Assembly (NCBI RefSeq): GCF_006345805.1
Contig: NC_043008.1
Location: 58,776,001 to 58,840,000, forward strand
Source: Octopus sinensis
Taxonomy: Eukaryota
Direction: 5' to 3'
Length of the DNA stretch: 64,000 bases
A model generated the notes under the pieces. That model saw nothing but the letters and a program-made list of their open reading frames with translations, had not been told where the DNA came from and ran no database searches. Below, one piece after another: positions 50,774 to 62,780 of this stretch; within the stretch, counting starts at the first letter, position 1; every line of letters starts with the position of its first letter. The position numbers and the translations under genes are program-made.

Positions 50774-50804
50774 GACACTGAAAAATCGGAAGGTGGTATT
50801 ATTA

Positions 50805-51035
50805 GGCAGCGAGCTGGCAGAAACGTTAGCGCGCCGGGCGAAATGCTTAGCGGTATTTCGTCTGTCGCTACGTTTTGAGTTCAAATTCCGCCAAGGTCGA
50901 CTTTGCCTTTCATCCTTTCGGAGTCGATAAATAAAGTACCAGTTACACACTGGGGTCGATGTAATCGACTTAACATCTATGTCTGTCCTTGTTTGTTCTC
51001 TCTGTGTTTATCCCCTTGTGGGTAATAAAGAAATA
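50805..51035 (+). mobile_element. Family-A SINE (tail A) inserted in the 5' UTR of the ORF1-only element
   Basis: TSD ggtattatta at 50795-50804 and 51036-51045. Confidence 0.9.
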
Positions 51036-51168
51036 GGTATTATTATCGTGTTTACGCGAGTTAGTGCTGAAATATTTATTGAATTGCTCTTTGAATTGTT
51101 ACCAATGTTGATCAAATTGTTGCCCTTGTTGATTCTTTAATTGTTGTTTTGTTTCCCATTGTGGGAAA

Positions 51169-52487
51169 ATGGAGAAGGCACCGGAGGGTGGCCCAAGTTA
51201 TGCAACTGCAAGTGGCAAGGGAGTAGACGTGAAAGAGTTGGAGGTCCGCGAGATAAGAGAGGAACTTCGAAAAATGAAAGAATGTGAAAAATTGATTACA
51301 AAGGAAGGAAACATTCTGAAGGTAACGCCACCTGAGGAATTATCGGTCAATGTGACAAAAAGAACAGTAATATGTAAAACCGTGAAGGCAGCTACGAGAA
51401 TGATAGAGATTGCATCTATAGGAGCTATAGAAGAATGCATTAAATGATATAAAAATATTTACAACATTCATTACGAGAGGGAGAAGATATGGACTCTGGA
51501 GGTGCGCTTCGCAACAGAAGAAGCAATAACGCACTCCACAGAGGCAATAAGATCAGAGGAATGTGTGCTCTTGCTATGATACTGTGGAAAACGTGTGGCC
51601 ATAGTGCAAGTGGGTAAGGTGTCACCCGATTTGAAAGAAGCATGGCTGATGACAGCCATAACATATAACATGAAAGATGGGAAGATTTTGAAAGCAACAA
51701 GTACCCAGAAGGTGAACGACTGGGTATAAGGCATAGAATTAACAATTCAGGCAACAACGGAGGACTTGAACAGCGTAGTGGATGAGATAGTGCTTCCAGA
51801 AGATGTGAGAATGAGAGTTATAGTGGAATGCAGGCCGCCGGTATGTTTCACATATGGAGAAAAGAATGGTGCACCCAGATAAAACAACAAACAGAGCAGG
51901 TAGGGAGACAGGAGAGCATGGAACAGGTAGTACCGGTCGAGGCAACAGAAAAAGAAACATAGGGTGAATTCACTATGGTTTCAAAAAATGAGGAGCAGAG
52001 GAATGGGTTCTCCGCCAGAGAAGCAGAAAAAGAAGAAAGAAGAGGGAAGAAAAGAAACTGTGAAGGATGTCGGTAGGAACGAAGATAAGAGGGCGACAAA
52101 AAAAGAAAGTAAAACCAAGTGGAATTACCAATAAAGATACCGGTTGTTCCAGTGAAGAAAGATTCGGAAATCCAACTGTACGAAGGTGAGATGGAGAGAC
52201 TATTTAGAGTGGAGGAAGAAATGAGAGAACAAAGAGTCCAAGATAAAGGAAAGAAAATGCGAAGAGGAAATGGAGTATGGTATTATGTGATGTACCCGAA
52301 AAATATAGAAACTGCAAAGAAGATAATTAAGTTTCGTTCAATAGTAAAAGTGAAGGTGCCATCAAACATATATGCAGAGCATAGGAAGGCAATAGTGATA
52401 GAAAAGGATAACTACAGGATCTTGAAGGAGATATGTGGCGAAAGTGTTGACCCGCCAGGAGTGAGGGTGGAATTCAAAGAGACATGA
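51169..52487 (+). pseudogene. Decayed ORF1/gag-like nucleic-acid-binding protein of an L1/Tx1-like element
   Basis: Frame continues through stops at 51445, 51577 and 51727 to ...VRMRVIVECRPPVCFTYGEKNG (degenerate RPP.CF.CG..GH zinc knuckle), followed by a charged linker and the ORF at 52119-52487; purine-rich coding strand. Confidence 0.65.
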
Positions 52488-54123
52488 ACCACTGATGAAG
52501 TATCATTAAAATGAAAAATAAGTATGTGAAATTGTAGGAAAATAGAAAAAAGAGTAAAATTGCTTTATGTTATCTTTAGGAAAAATAATGTTGAGAAAGA
52601 AAAAATACAAAGAACAATTGTAGATAATGTATATAACGGTTCAAATGGTACTGCGTAGGAGTGGGGCCCATGCGACCATTTTCATTTTTATATAATTTAA
52701 TCTCATTTACATTCGTTTTATGTTTTTTGCCCCCACTGTGGTCTTGTCTGTCCTTGTGATGTCCCTGTCTGTGTTTAGGGATTTATGCCTAATAAAGAAA
52801 TACCAACCACTCTAACTAAATATGCCTTTGCTTTGTGTTTCAACTGAAACGGATCAGCAACAAGATTTCTTCAGCCACTTAACAAAAATAACAATTAGCT
52901 TGCTCTCTCCATGACTTAAACTGCTTTGCTATTTCATTTATCCAATTAGTCAAACTGAACTCTACCTTACATTTTTTAATCACCCAAGTAAAAATAAAAT
53001 GTTGAAGAGGCCGTTACGTCTACATGGCACAGATGGTCCACACTTCCTATTATTTAATAGGTCTACTTCGTATTCATACTCGGGTTACAAGATTCCGGAT
53101 ATGAATTCGTGTGTTGAAAAAACTTGCTTGCCTTGGGGAGTTCATTTCGCCAATAATAACACACACACTGTTTCAAGAACTCTTCTTTATTGTTAGTTAA
53201 CTGGGTAAATATCTAACCAACTAATTGTTTGTTTAACGTGCCGGTTAAACAATTAATTGGGTTTTGTTAGTCAAAGTTCTTTCGTTGCCGTTCTTTCGTC
53301 AGATAGACTCAGAGAAGACCTTGGAGAAAGAGAAAGTGAAAGCCCCTAATTTACCGCAAATATCGTATAATGACCCCCTCCAACAAAGATGCAACAAAAT
53401 AGATCTACTATTATATGGATAATTTTCGAAACAAGTGCAATTTGAACTAAAGAACTCTTAGATTCTATACCTCTCACACTAACACTGAACTACTTGAAAC
53501 GCGCAAAATAGTAAAACAATTCAAACATAGGCCCACAATAGAGTTACTGTAAGATGAAAAGGAAATTTCCTTGCTTTGATATCGATTAAGAACTGATTAA
53601 AAAGTTATTAAAATGATGCAAACATCATCAAAAGGCGATTGGTAATCAATAATACAAGAACATGTACGAGTATATTGCCAGAATGTTTACTGAAATGAAT
53701 ATTTCGAAAACAAATAATAATAAAAAAATAATACTGAAATATAAAATATGTACTTTTTGGTAGAGTTCTTGAAATTTTAAGGCCATAATCAAAATTTGTC
53801 TTAAAAATGTGGTTAGTTTTTTTAAGTTGTAACTTGCTGTTTTCGAAGCATAAACATATATGAATAATGGGTGATTATCTTTAATAAAAATGACATGATT
53901 AGGATTATACAATTTTAAATTCACGTATTAAATTTAAATAAAGATTTGCTCATTTCTTAAAGGGTCCATGTGATGAAAAATAAATGTTCTAAGGGCTTTA
54001 TCTTATAGAATAGCGTTTAGAAATATTTCATGTTATTCAAATGTTGCACTAATTTGATTCGTTTACGTATTCGGTGGTTTCTGACACTGTGTATCTAATA
54101 AAAGCCATTTTCTTTTCCTTTAG

Positions 54124-54227
54124 ATTAAGTTTGAATAATTGTGGAATGACATGTTGGAGAAGAAAGAGTTAGGAATTTTCCATTGTTTAGAAAATGTAAA
54201 CAGACTAAATGCATCAACTAGAGGAAA
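54124..54227 (+). other. Candidate spliced exon (UTR or first coding exon; ATG at 54151 gives MLEKKELGIFHCLENVNRLNASTRG)
   Basis: ctaat branch-like motif, acceptor gccattttcttttcctttag, consensus donor AA|gtaagt; no expression evidence. Confidence 0.3.
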
Positions 54228-54589
54228 GTAAGTTTATAACAGACTTCAGAATTATGGAAAGCAGAAATAAAACGGGGTGATTTGAACACAGAGCGCTGTT
54301 TAGCCAACACTCTGCCAATTCGACAGTTTATAGATGATATAATTATAGCCAAAAGTAAGGTAATGCCCTGCCAGAAATGTGAGATCGTCGAGAAGAATCG
54401 GCTGGCGATATTTCATCCGACTCTTTACGTTCCGAGTTCAAATGCCAGGAGGGAGAGATAAGATAGACATCATAGAGTCAAGTACTGCGGAAGGAATATA
54501 ACAGCCTCTTACCTTGTCAAAATTCGAAATATCAATTATAATCAAAAGCATTTCGGCTATTAAGTTCTCATATGTTTCAGAGTTCAGTC

Positions 54590-54870
54590 AAACTGCGTGG
54601 TATGTTGAGCAAGTGTCTTCTACTAAAACCTCGGGCCGACCACAGCTTTGTGAGTGGATTTGGTAGAAGGAAACTGAAAGAAGCCCGTGGCATATAGATA
54701 TATGTATATATATATCTATGTGTTTTTTTGTCTCTTCTCTCCGACATCACTTGACAACCGATGCTGGTGTGTTTACATCCCCGAAAAGTTTGAATACTAG
54801 ACTTCGATAAAAAAAAAACCCTTTAAAGCAGTGATCCAGCATAGCAGCAATTTAAACCTCTGACACAAAT
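54590..54870 (+). mobile_element. Family-B SINE
   Basis: gcaagtgtcttctact...gtgagtggatttggtag...gaaactgaaagaagcccg...gacaaccgatgctggtgtgtttac. Confidence 0.8.
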
Positions 54871-55112
54871 AAATGAATAAAAGAATATTTGCTACAACAC
54901 TTAGATATCGTTTTGCATAGTGTGGCTGTAATATGAGGGTCATTTGGCGGCTAGTTTCAGTTCCTTTAAACTAGGTAGAGGCTACACTGTTCGTTCTATT
55001 TATGGGTAAGATGCTTAGTTATTACTGCACTGCCTTGACTTCACCACACGTTAAGATACTTAACGATGTTGTGCTATTAATGGGTTATTAACAATATAGG
55101 CAAACGTTAGAT

Positions 55113-55515
55113 TGGCGAGCTGGCAGAATCGTTAGTACACCAGGCGAAATGCTTAACAGTATTTCGTCTGCCGTTATGTTCAGAGTTCAAATTTCTCCGA
55201 GGTCGACTTTGCCTTTCATCCTTTCGGGGTCGATTAAATAAGTACCAGTAACGCACTGGTTTCGATGCAATCGACTTAATCCCTTTGTCTGTCCTTGTTT
55301 GTCCTCTCTGTGTTTAGCCCCTTGTGGGCAGTAAAGAAATAGGTATTTCGTCTGCCTCTTTGTTTTGAGTTCAAATTCCGCCGAGGTCGACTTTGCCTTT
55401 CATCCTTTCGGGGTCGATAAATTAAGTACCAGTTACGCACTGAGTTCGGTGTAATCGACTTAATCCCTTTGACTGTCCCCTCTGTATTTAGTCACATGTG
55501 GGCTTTAAAGAAATA
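55113..55515 (+). mobile_element. Dimeric family-A SINE
   Basis: Head ggcgagctggcagaatcg, tail A, junction aaagaaata|ggtatttcgtctg (55341) and a second monomer. Confidence 0.9.
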
Positions 55516-55818
55516 AATATGGGGAAATGTTTACCCAGAAAATTTACTGAATTATAAGACGATTGAATTAAAGCACACTTTAAACTATATAACATAAGCA
55601 ATGCTTTAAATAGGAGCAGCATCACTTGTGTTTCGGTTAGGTCCAAAAATAAACAATTCATAAACAAAACAAAAAAACAACATTTTATTGTTTTATTGCA
55701 GTTTCATAACGTAGAGTGATTAGCATCGTTGCAAGATATCTCTTGTAGATTTTGTTTTTAATTCTCATCTGTATTAGACAACTTATGTATGTTGTAAGTA
55801 CATGTGTAGTCGTGTTAG

Positions 55819-55819
<1 letters not shown>

Positions 55820-55884
<65 letters not shown>

Positions 55885-55950
55885 TTATACACATATACTT
55901 ATATATTTATATGCATATATGTGTGTATGTATATGTATGTATGCATATAT
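55820..55950. repeat. (TA)n/(TG)n microsatellite
   Basis: Dinucleotide runs. Confidence 0.95.
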
Positions 55951-56611
55951 AGGTATGGAAGCAAGAAAAAATTCAGGCAAGCACTATCGATGGGAATGTT
56001 CCAAAACATTCATCATAAAATGTTCATATTTTCATATATCGGATTATTCGTCCATATCTCTACAGAATTGTGCAGTAGCTGATGCCAAGTTTTCCAATCC
56101 TCTAAGGAGCATCTCAAAATATTTAAAAATATGGTTCCTGTTTAGTAACAGAAGATATTACACTCGTCAGCCTAATGTGAGCCAAAACTAACCAACTATA
56201 GCTTCATTCCAGATAAAAAAAATATATATCATTTTCCACAGTTCTATTCGCATTTATTGATTTCTTACTTAGACATAAGGTCAGTCGTTTATAGTAGAAG
56301 TATCTGAGAGTGTGTGGCTTTCATGACTTTTTCTGATGTTTCCGACCGTAAATAAAATGAATTACCTTGAACTGTGACTCGTATAATACTCATTCATTCA
56401 ACTCAACAGTTTATTACTCACTATAGACTCATTCTGTAGCAGTTGGGATTTCGGTTAATGTGAAATTTTATCAACAAGCTCAAAAAGAAAAGAAGTTAAA
56501 GTCGGCCTCGGTGACATTTGAACTCAAATTGCTAAGCAGGAAGAAATGCCTACACATTTTGTCTAGTGTGCTAAAAATTCTGCCACTTTAACGTTCACAC
56601 TTAATAATAAA

Positions 56612-57324
56612 CAGGGTGGTCCGAAAGTCTTGTTTCCGTACCAAAAAGTAATGAGAACAATAGAAGAACAAGTAATGTAGTAATCCAAAGCACAAACTGG
56701 ATTTAGTTTATTCATTTTTATTGACGCTGTCACACATCGAGAAGGTCTTTATGAACACCATCTTATTCGTGGTACAAAATGATGCGGTGCCATGACTTGT
56801 ATGATATTTTTCGAAGCTGTGCTTTGGTGATCGTTTCAAAGGCTCTCCAAACGGCGTCCTTCAACTTATATGTATTCTTCTATCGTTCATGTGAAACTCT
56901 CTCCTTGGTAATACCCTACAGAGCGTTATCGCAAGACGTGAGGTCTAGACTTCTGGGATGCCCATCGACAGGTGCTGGAAATTGTTGCGATCCTCGCCCT
57001 ATCCATCTATACCAAAAACCTTCATTCCGGTATTCCCGGACAGTGATAGCATAGTGGGATGGAGCACCCACCATAATGTTGAAACCAACAATCAGTCAGG
57101 CCAACATTCAACCACTGGAGCTGTGAAACAAACCACTCCCTTAACATGGCCAATTAAGATTGCTTGTTAACAGTGCGCTCGAAGAAATAGGGTCGTATCA
57201 GGTGCCTACTCTATATGGTGACCCTAATCTTTACAAGTGGGGGTTTATGCTAAAAAAAAATAATGATAATAATGACAATAACAAACAATATGTACAGGGG
57301 TAACAAGACTTTCGGACCAACCTG
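56612..57324 (-). mobile_element. Internally deleted Tc1/mariner element (rosa/DD41D-like) with both TIRs
   Basis: cagggtggtccgaaagtcttgtt / aacaagactttcggaccaacctg-TA; minus strand RWIGRG...HPRSLDLTSCDNAL*G resembles WIGR..WPPRSPDLTPCDF.LWG. Confidence 0.85.
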
Positions 57325-59827
57325 TACATTCTCTATGTATTTCGTAAAAACCAGTCTTAACGAAATCCCGAAATGTTCAAACTTTTATTTCTATGCGAAT
57401 GGTTTTTTTATACGGTGCCGTGTTTACACTCTTGTAAATAATAATAATGTTATTTTTACATAAGCTTAAAGTTTATGGCGCTCACCGTGCAATGACTAAG
57501 GAAAATAGCTTAATAATGGGACATATAAGCCACTCGACAGGAAAAAGAAGGCTTTCCTATCCGCGTGGGATATTTTTGTTATAAGCCAAGAAGAAAAAAA
57601 GATCCAGTTTTTCGATATTGAAAGAAATAACATCATTGAAATATTAGCGGTTCTAATTGAGAGAAAAAATATCGTAAAATATGAACAGAAATCGGATTGC
57701 CACTTGGGATACACGAAATTTTGCTGATTGAGTATCTACCGGGCTTAGAATACAGAAGTGTCGTGGTCCATTTGCTTGACTAAATCCTTCAAGGTGGTGC
57801 CCCAGTATGGCCACACTCTAATGATTGAAACAAGTAAAAGGTAAAAAATATGGCGTGGTAGATAAATATATTTAGTATTGTTGTGACATTTAGATCCATA
57901 AAGGCCTTTTTGACAGCTTAGGGTGAGACTCGAACCAACATATTTCGATGATCAGGATTTAATTCATTTTACATTCCCGAAGTTAACATGAGAAAGTAGT
58001 CGAAGTTTTAAACAACATTAGGCTAAATACAATAATAACGATACAATATTTACGCCCCCCAGTCAATAGTTACTAGAATTTTAGTAATATCTCGTTTATG
58101 ATGAAATTGATATATTCTACATGTATAATGATTGGTATTTTGAAAATAGAGACATAATTATAGTAATATAATGGAGCAGCTCGTATGTAAATATAAATGT
58201 ATAGTGGTATGCTTTATCGTGGTTTCAGAATAACTTTTCATTTAACGCTATAGAATATTTCTTTAGCTGTAATACATGTAGCAGAAAATATACCATTCAC
58301 GTGAATAGCTAAATCAATTTGACTAACCTTCCCCTGGTAAATTATTCCACATATTTAAAGTTCTTGTAGGCGGGTTCATTCGGCTGTTAAGATCAATACT
58401 TTAGATAAAACGCAGCACTGGCAACTGGAAACGAAATATGCGCTCTAAGGTTCGGTAGGCGAGCGAGTAAAAAACTCATCCATCAGTGAGTTTTAACTGC
58501 AATATTCACGTGGTCGATAAATTGTCGATTGTATTGAGAGAAAAGAAAAACAAGAATAGGGATAATAAATAATTTTATGTTACGATAAAATTCTGATTTT
58601 ATTTCCAGTACATTATGGGAAAATACAGAATATAGTATATGAGACAAACAGCTTCATAACCATAATAACAATAGAAGGAAAATATTATATAGTAGGTTGT
58701 AAAGAAACAGTCAAATTTTAAATACGATAAAAATAGAGAGCTCTCTGCGTAAATGGTTAATAAATTATTTCATTCCAAACCTTTATTTTACAGTTTTATT
58801 TTTGTTTATTTATAATCATCGAGTGAAATCGCTTTTGCATTATATATGAAAAGATATATTGAAGAGATTATAAAGAATGGCTTCTTGTTGTTGAATTTCA
58901 ACATCATATTTCAGTTATTTCGTGTTATTACATAAAACAGACATTTCTGTGCACCAGAGCAAGATTTACAAAGTAAATATGCAGAAATACTTTTCAATCA
59001 TTTCTTGTTATAGTATTAAGAAAACTAAAAAGTGTTAAGTAATGATATTTTTTTGCTTTTAATTGCCCATATACATTTTCTTTTGGTTCTGCGTATTAAG
59101 ATAGAGACGTGGCTAGGTCGTTAAAACATTTCGCATTACAGCCAAGTCATTCCGTATTTAATTCCAAACAAGAATTTCTAAAAAGCTCTTGTCCGCTAAC
59201 TGTGATTTAAATCTACTTATGAGTATATCGGGTATGTCAGCTATACGAATTAACCATTTATTGTTCAGATCACACTGCATTCATAACCAATACTAGCATT
59301 TGACTTAGAACTATTTCAAGAGATATCCAGAAATTTTGTAGCTGAAGTGGACCATGTAACAACATGAGTTGTATTGTAAATAATAATTCAGCAGCTTTGC
59401 ATATGCTTTTCACATCCACTTATTAAAATTCTTTGGAGGAGAGGAAGTGGCACCAAACATACTTTCAATGAATACAATGCATAACTAATTAATCAGCGAC
59501 AAGTCGTAGACAGGGTTGAATGAAATTAAAATCACACAATGATATTTTAGATACTTTTGAATATTAGGATACAGAAAGACATACGCAGCCGATATTGTCT
59601 CGAGAAGTAAAGTCCTCCTTAAAAATAATGTGATAAGCAAAGTATCAGGCTGTGAATAGCATCATCAAACTGTAGAATGCTTGCATTTCTGTGTCGTTGC
59701 GCATTGTCAGCTACATATATCGACACGTTCTTTAGAGCCGCTATAAACCACATGCATCGAAGCCCAACGATGTGATTTTCATACTTATTGTCTATAAGGC
59801 GAATTGTTCTTGAGATAATTTCTTCAG

Positions 59828-59936
59828 ATTATGTCTTCCTATGTCCAAGTGTACAAATCTCGTTAAAGATGATTGTACTGCCGTTCTGTATCATGATGGA
59901 GGACACATTTGTTGCCACAACAGGGACCCAAACTAG
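59828..59936 (+). other. Candidate terminal exon with a Cys-rich frame, LCLPMSKCTNLVKDDCTAVLYHDGGHICCHNRDPN*
   Basis: Acceptor gataatttcttcag|A; phase-compatible with the 54124-54227 donor; speculative. Confidence 0.15.
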
Positions 59937-61459
59937 ACCTCGTGATATAAAATTACAGCGAAAGTTGACACATTTGATCCACTTCATACTTGTATATGTT
60001 GGACTGCATTGCTTCATATGACTTTAAGAGCTTTCAGGTAACTTCGATAAAAATTCTTTCGCTCCTCTGTTCCCTGTCAGATGAGGTTGCAGTGTCGTGG
60101 TAAGATTGTACTTGGAAATAATAACTATTTAAAATGAGGGGAAATATGATTTTATGAAGTAGTTTCTGAAATTATTACAGAGACGCATTGATAAAATGGC
60201 TTGAGGGTCAAGAATGTTGCAGCTAAGCAAGGCGTTACATGTTTGCTTTAAAAGCAGTTAACCTGACATATTTCCGACAATTTAAAATGATTAGCAGAAG
60301 AAATAAACGCATGTATACTCATACACTCATAGGCATATATGCATATACGCATATCTATATCTATATGTTATAATAAATATGTATGTGTATGTATACATAC
60401 ACACACACATAACAATAGCTAAATAAGCATGAATATGTTTTGCACACTAACAATATTTCGAATAAATCCACTGATAAGTCTATATCACTCTCGCCACCAG
60501 CTAAAAGATACGACTGATAAACGGTGGAGGATATCAAAAGTGATGATAGAGATAGCCATAATCATCTCAAAAGAATTATCTACGACAAAGCAGTGGGTAT
60601 GAACAGTTGTGAATATATCAACACTAAGAAGAGGAGTTATAGAGCAAAAGATGTAGTCTAGTAGAGTGCAACATTCGGGACCCAAAACGCCCGTAATATC
60701 CTGCGAAAACTCCGCACGCCCCTGCAGAATCCTTTATCCAATAAAAAAGCCAATACGAGGATTTGTTTAATAAGCATTCAGTCAAGTTTGCATATTCAAC
60801 TACAAGGAACTCCGCACGAGAATAGGTTCTTACAACGATTATAGACTTGAAAAGTTCATGCTTAAAGATAAAACCGGCATAAGCAGTAACATTAGTGTAG
60901 CAATAACAACAACAACAACAATGATAATAATAATAATATAATAATAATAATACTATTAATAGCAGTACCAGGCAGTGGCTTTCATGGCTTCTCATCTTAA
61001 CTGATTATCATGTACATTGTTTTGTCTTGGTATAAAAGCATATCCCTTAGTTGCTGACGATAAGTGCATCTCTTATCACGAGCACAGGTAGTGGAGGAGC
61101 GTCATACACATATATATCATATACGCATATACTCATATCTATATCCATGTATGTCGAGAGGAATTCTTTGGGGTTTGGATAATTCACCTATGGAAACATG
61201 GGTGCTTCGTCCAATATCCTCAAACAACCCTTATTCAGAGACCTTTTGAGCGGGATGGGCTACTGAACCTGAAGAAAATTCTAACTGGGCCCCACCTGCA
61301 AGGTCATGCACTGTTAATCTTGATATGAAATCACCATGTCACACACATATGGTTGTGCTGGATGTGACTAGTGCCCCTTTATCAGACGAGTAGTCATGAT
61401 GTGTATACAGAGCTTAGTATATTTTACTCCAGTGTCACTTAAATGGCATGCACATGTCG

Positions 61460-61740
61460 CTCACTCAATAATAATAATAATAATAATAATAATATTGGTG
61501 GTGATGGTGGTTATAATAATGATTATAAATATGAGGATGATAATAACTACAATCATAAAAGTAATACTAATTACGATAATGATACTAATAAGATCAATGA
61601 TAATAATAATGGTAACTTATAAATTACGGCAACAAGGACAAAAATATCACTAACAGTAACAATAATAATAGTCGCAACAAAGATAATACGAATAATAATA
61701 ATAATATTAATAATAATATCAAGAGCAAAATTGAGAATAT
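61460..61740. repeat. (AAT)/(ATG)-derived triplet low-complexity tract
   Basis: ataataata/atgata-rich sequence; similar tracts at ~60895-60960 and ~62020-62400. Confidence 0.9.
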
Positions 61741-61789
61741 CTGAAATAAACCCAACTGCTCTCACAAACGAGAATACTAAAAGTTAACA

Positions 61790-62030
61790 CGACCACTCAC
61801 AAAAATTAAGTAAAAAAAAAAAAAAAAAAACGGAAAAAATAATTCAGAATCCTTGTCTGGTAATGAATCGATCCTAAAATCTAATCGGTTTGTGACAGTC
61901 ATCAGCCCAAACATCTCTGAATGTTTCATCGGAATCCATCCAGCTTTTCTTGAGATATCTTGTCCACGGACAAACAAACAAACACGACTGAAAACAATTC
62001 CTCCGCCTTAGCGAAGGCGGAAGTAATAAT
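61790..62030 (+). mobile_element. Possible non-autonomous Helentron/DINE-like element with a 3' hairpin
   Basis: ...tccacggacaaacaaacaaacacgactgaaaacaattcctccgccttagcgaaggcggaagta: (CAAA)n followed by a GC-rich stem-loop. Confidence 0.45.
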
Positions 62031-62619
62031 AATAATATTAGTAGTGATGCCCGTTATATTAATAGTCATACCCATTATACTAATATTCAAAATAGTATTA
62101 ATATTCGTGGCACGTGTACTGAACATGTAAGCTTTAATGGAAACAATATTAGTAACAATAAGTATAATAGAAATCATAAAAAGCAAGATGATGATAAAAA
62201 TAATGATAAAAAGGAAAATAAGGAAAAGGACAACAGCAATGTCGTTAGATAGGAAAGCTGGGGTGGAAGTAATAAGAATAGTAATTAGGATATGAATAAC
62301 AATAAGCATAATAGCAACATGCATATTTCTAGGAGTAGGAGTAACAACAGCAATAAGGAAAACAATAGACACAAACAAAACTACGAGTAAGCCAAAGGCT
62401 CAAAGCATACTGTTGCAAAACAAGCTTCTTAGACGTGACGCCATACCCGCGTCTATAGATACATTTTCTTTTTCCAATAGAAAAAAGTGGAAAGCTAATA
62501 AAGTATGCCGGAACATTGATGGAGGAATGACGTAAACAGGAGGACAACGTAAAGGGAAAAATATGTGTTATATACAGGGATAGCGAAAACTATAATTCTC
62601 TCTAGTATAAGCACAAGAC

Positions 62620-62780
62620 CAACGATATTGAGAGGAGAAGTTAGTCGATTACACCGACGCCATTGCGCAACTGGCGTTCATTTTATTGACTCCGAAGCGT
62701 TGAAAGACAAAGTCGATCTCGGCAGTATTTGAACACGTAAAGCTGGTAGAAATGCAGCAAATGTCCAGAAAATTATTCTT
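62620..62780 (-). mobile_element. Degenerate family-A SINE
   Basis: gtcgattacaccgac...gaaagacaaagtcgatctcggcagtatttgaac. Confidence 0.65.

Larger units (their letters stand above)
50774..52802 (+). mobile_element. Non-LTR retroelement with only a decayed ORF1 (no endonuclease or RT), 17-bp TSD
   Basis: ccaaccactctgactaa (50757-50773) and ccaaccactctaactaa (52803-52819); starts gacactg; ends taataaagaaata. Confidence 0.75.

Noticed and set aside
60081-60099. 19-nt micro-exon candidate (ctgttccctgtcag|...gtg|gtaaga)
   Set aside because: Signals are strong, but it is not a multiple of three and has no linkable partner; such pairs arise by chance in 64 kb
61926-62378. 150-aa hydrophobic minus-strand ORF resembling a membrane protein
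   Set aside because: Antisense of an (AAT)/(AAC)-rich low-complexity tract; composition artefact
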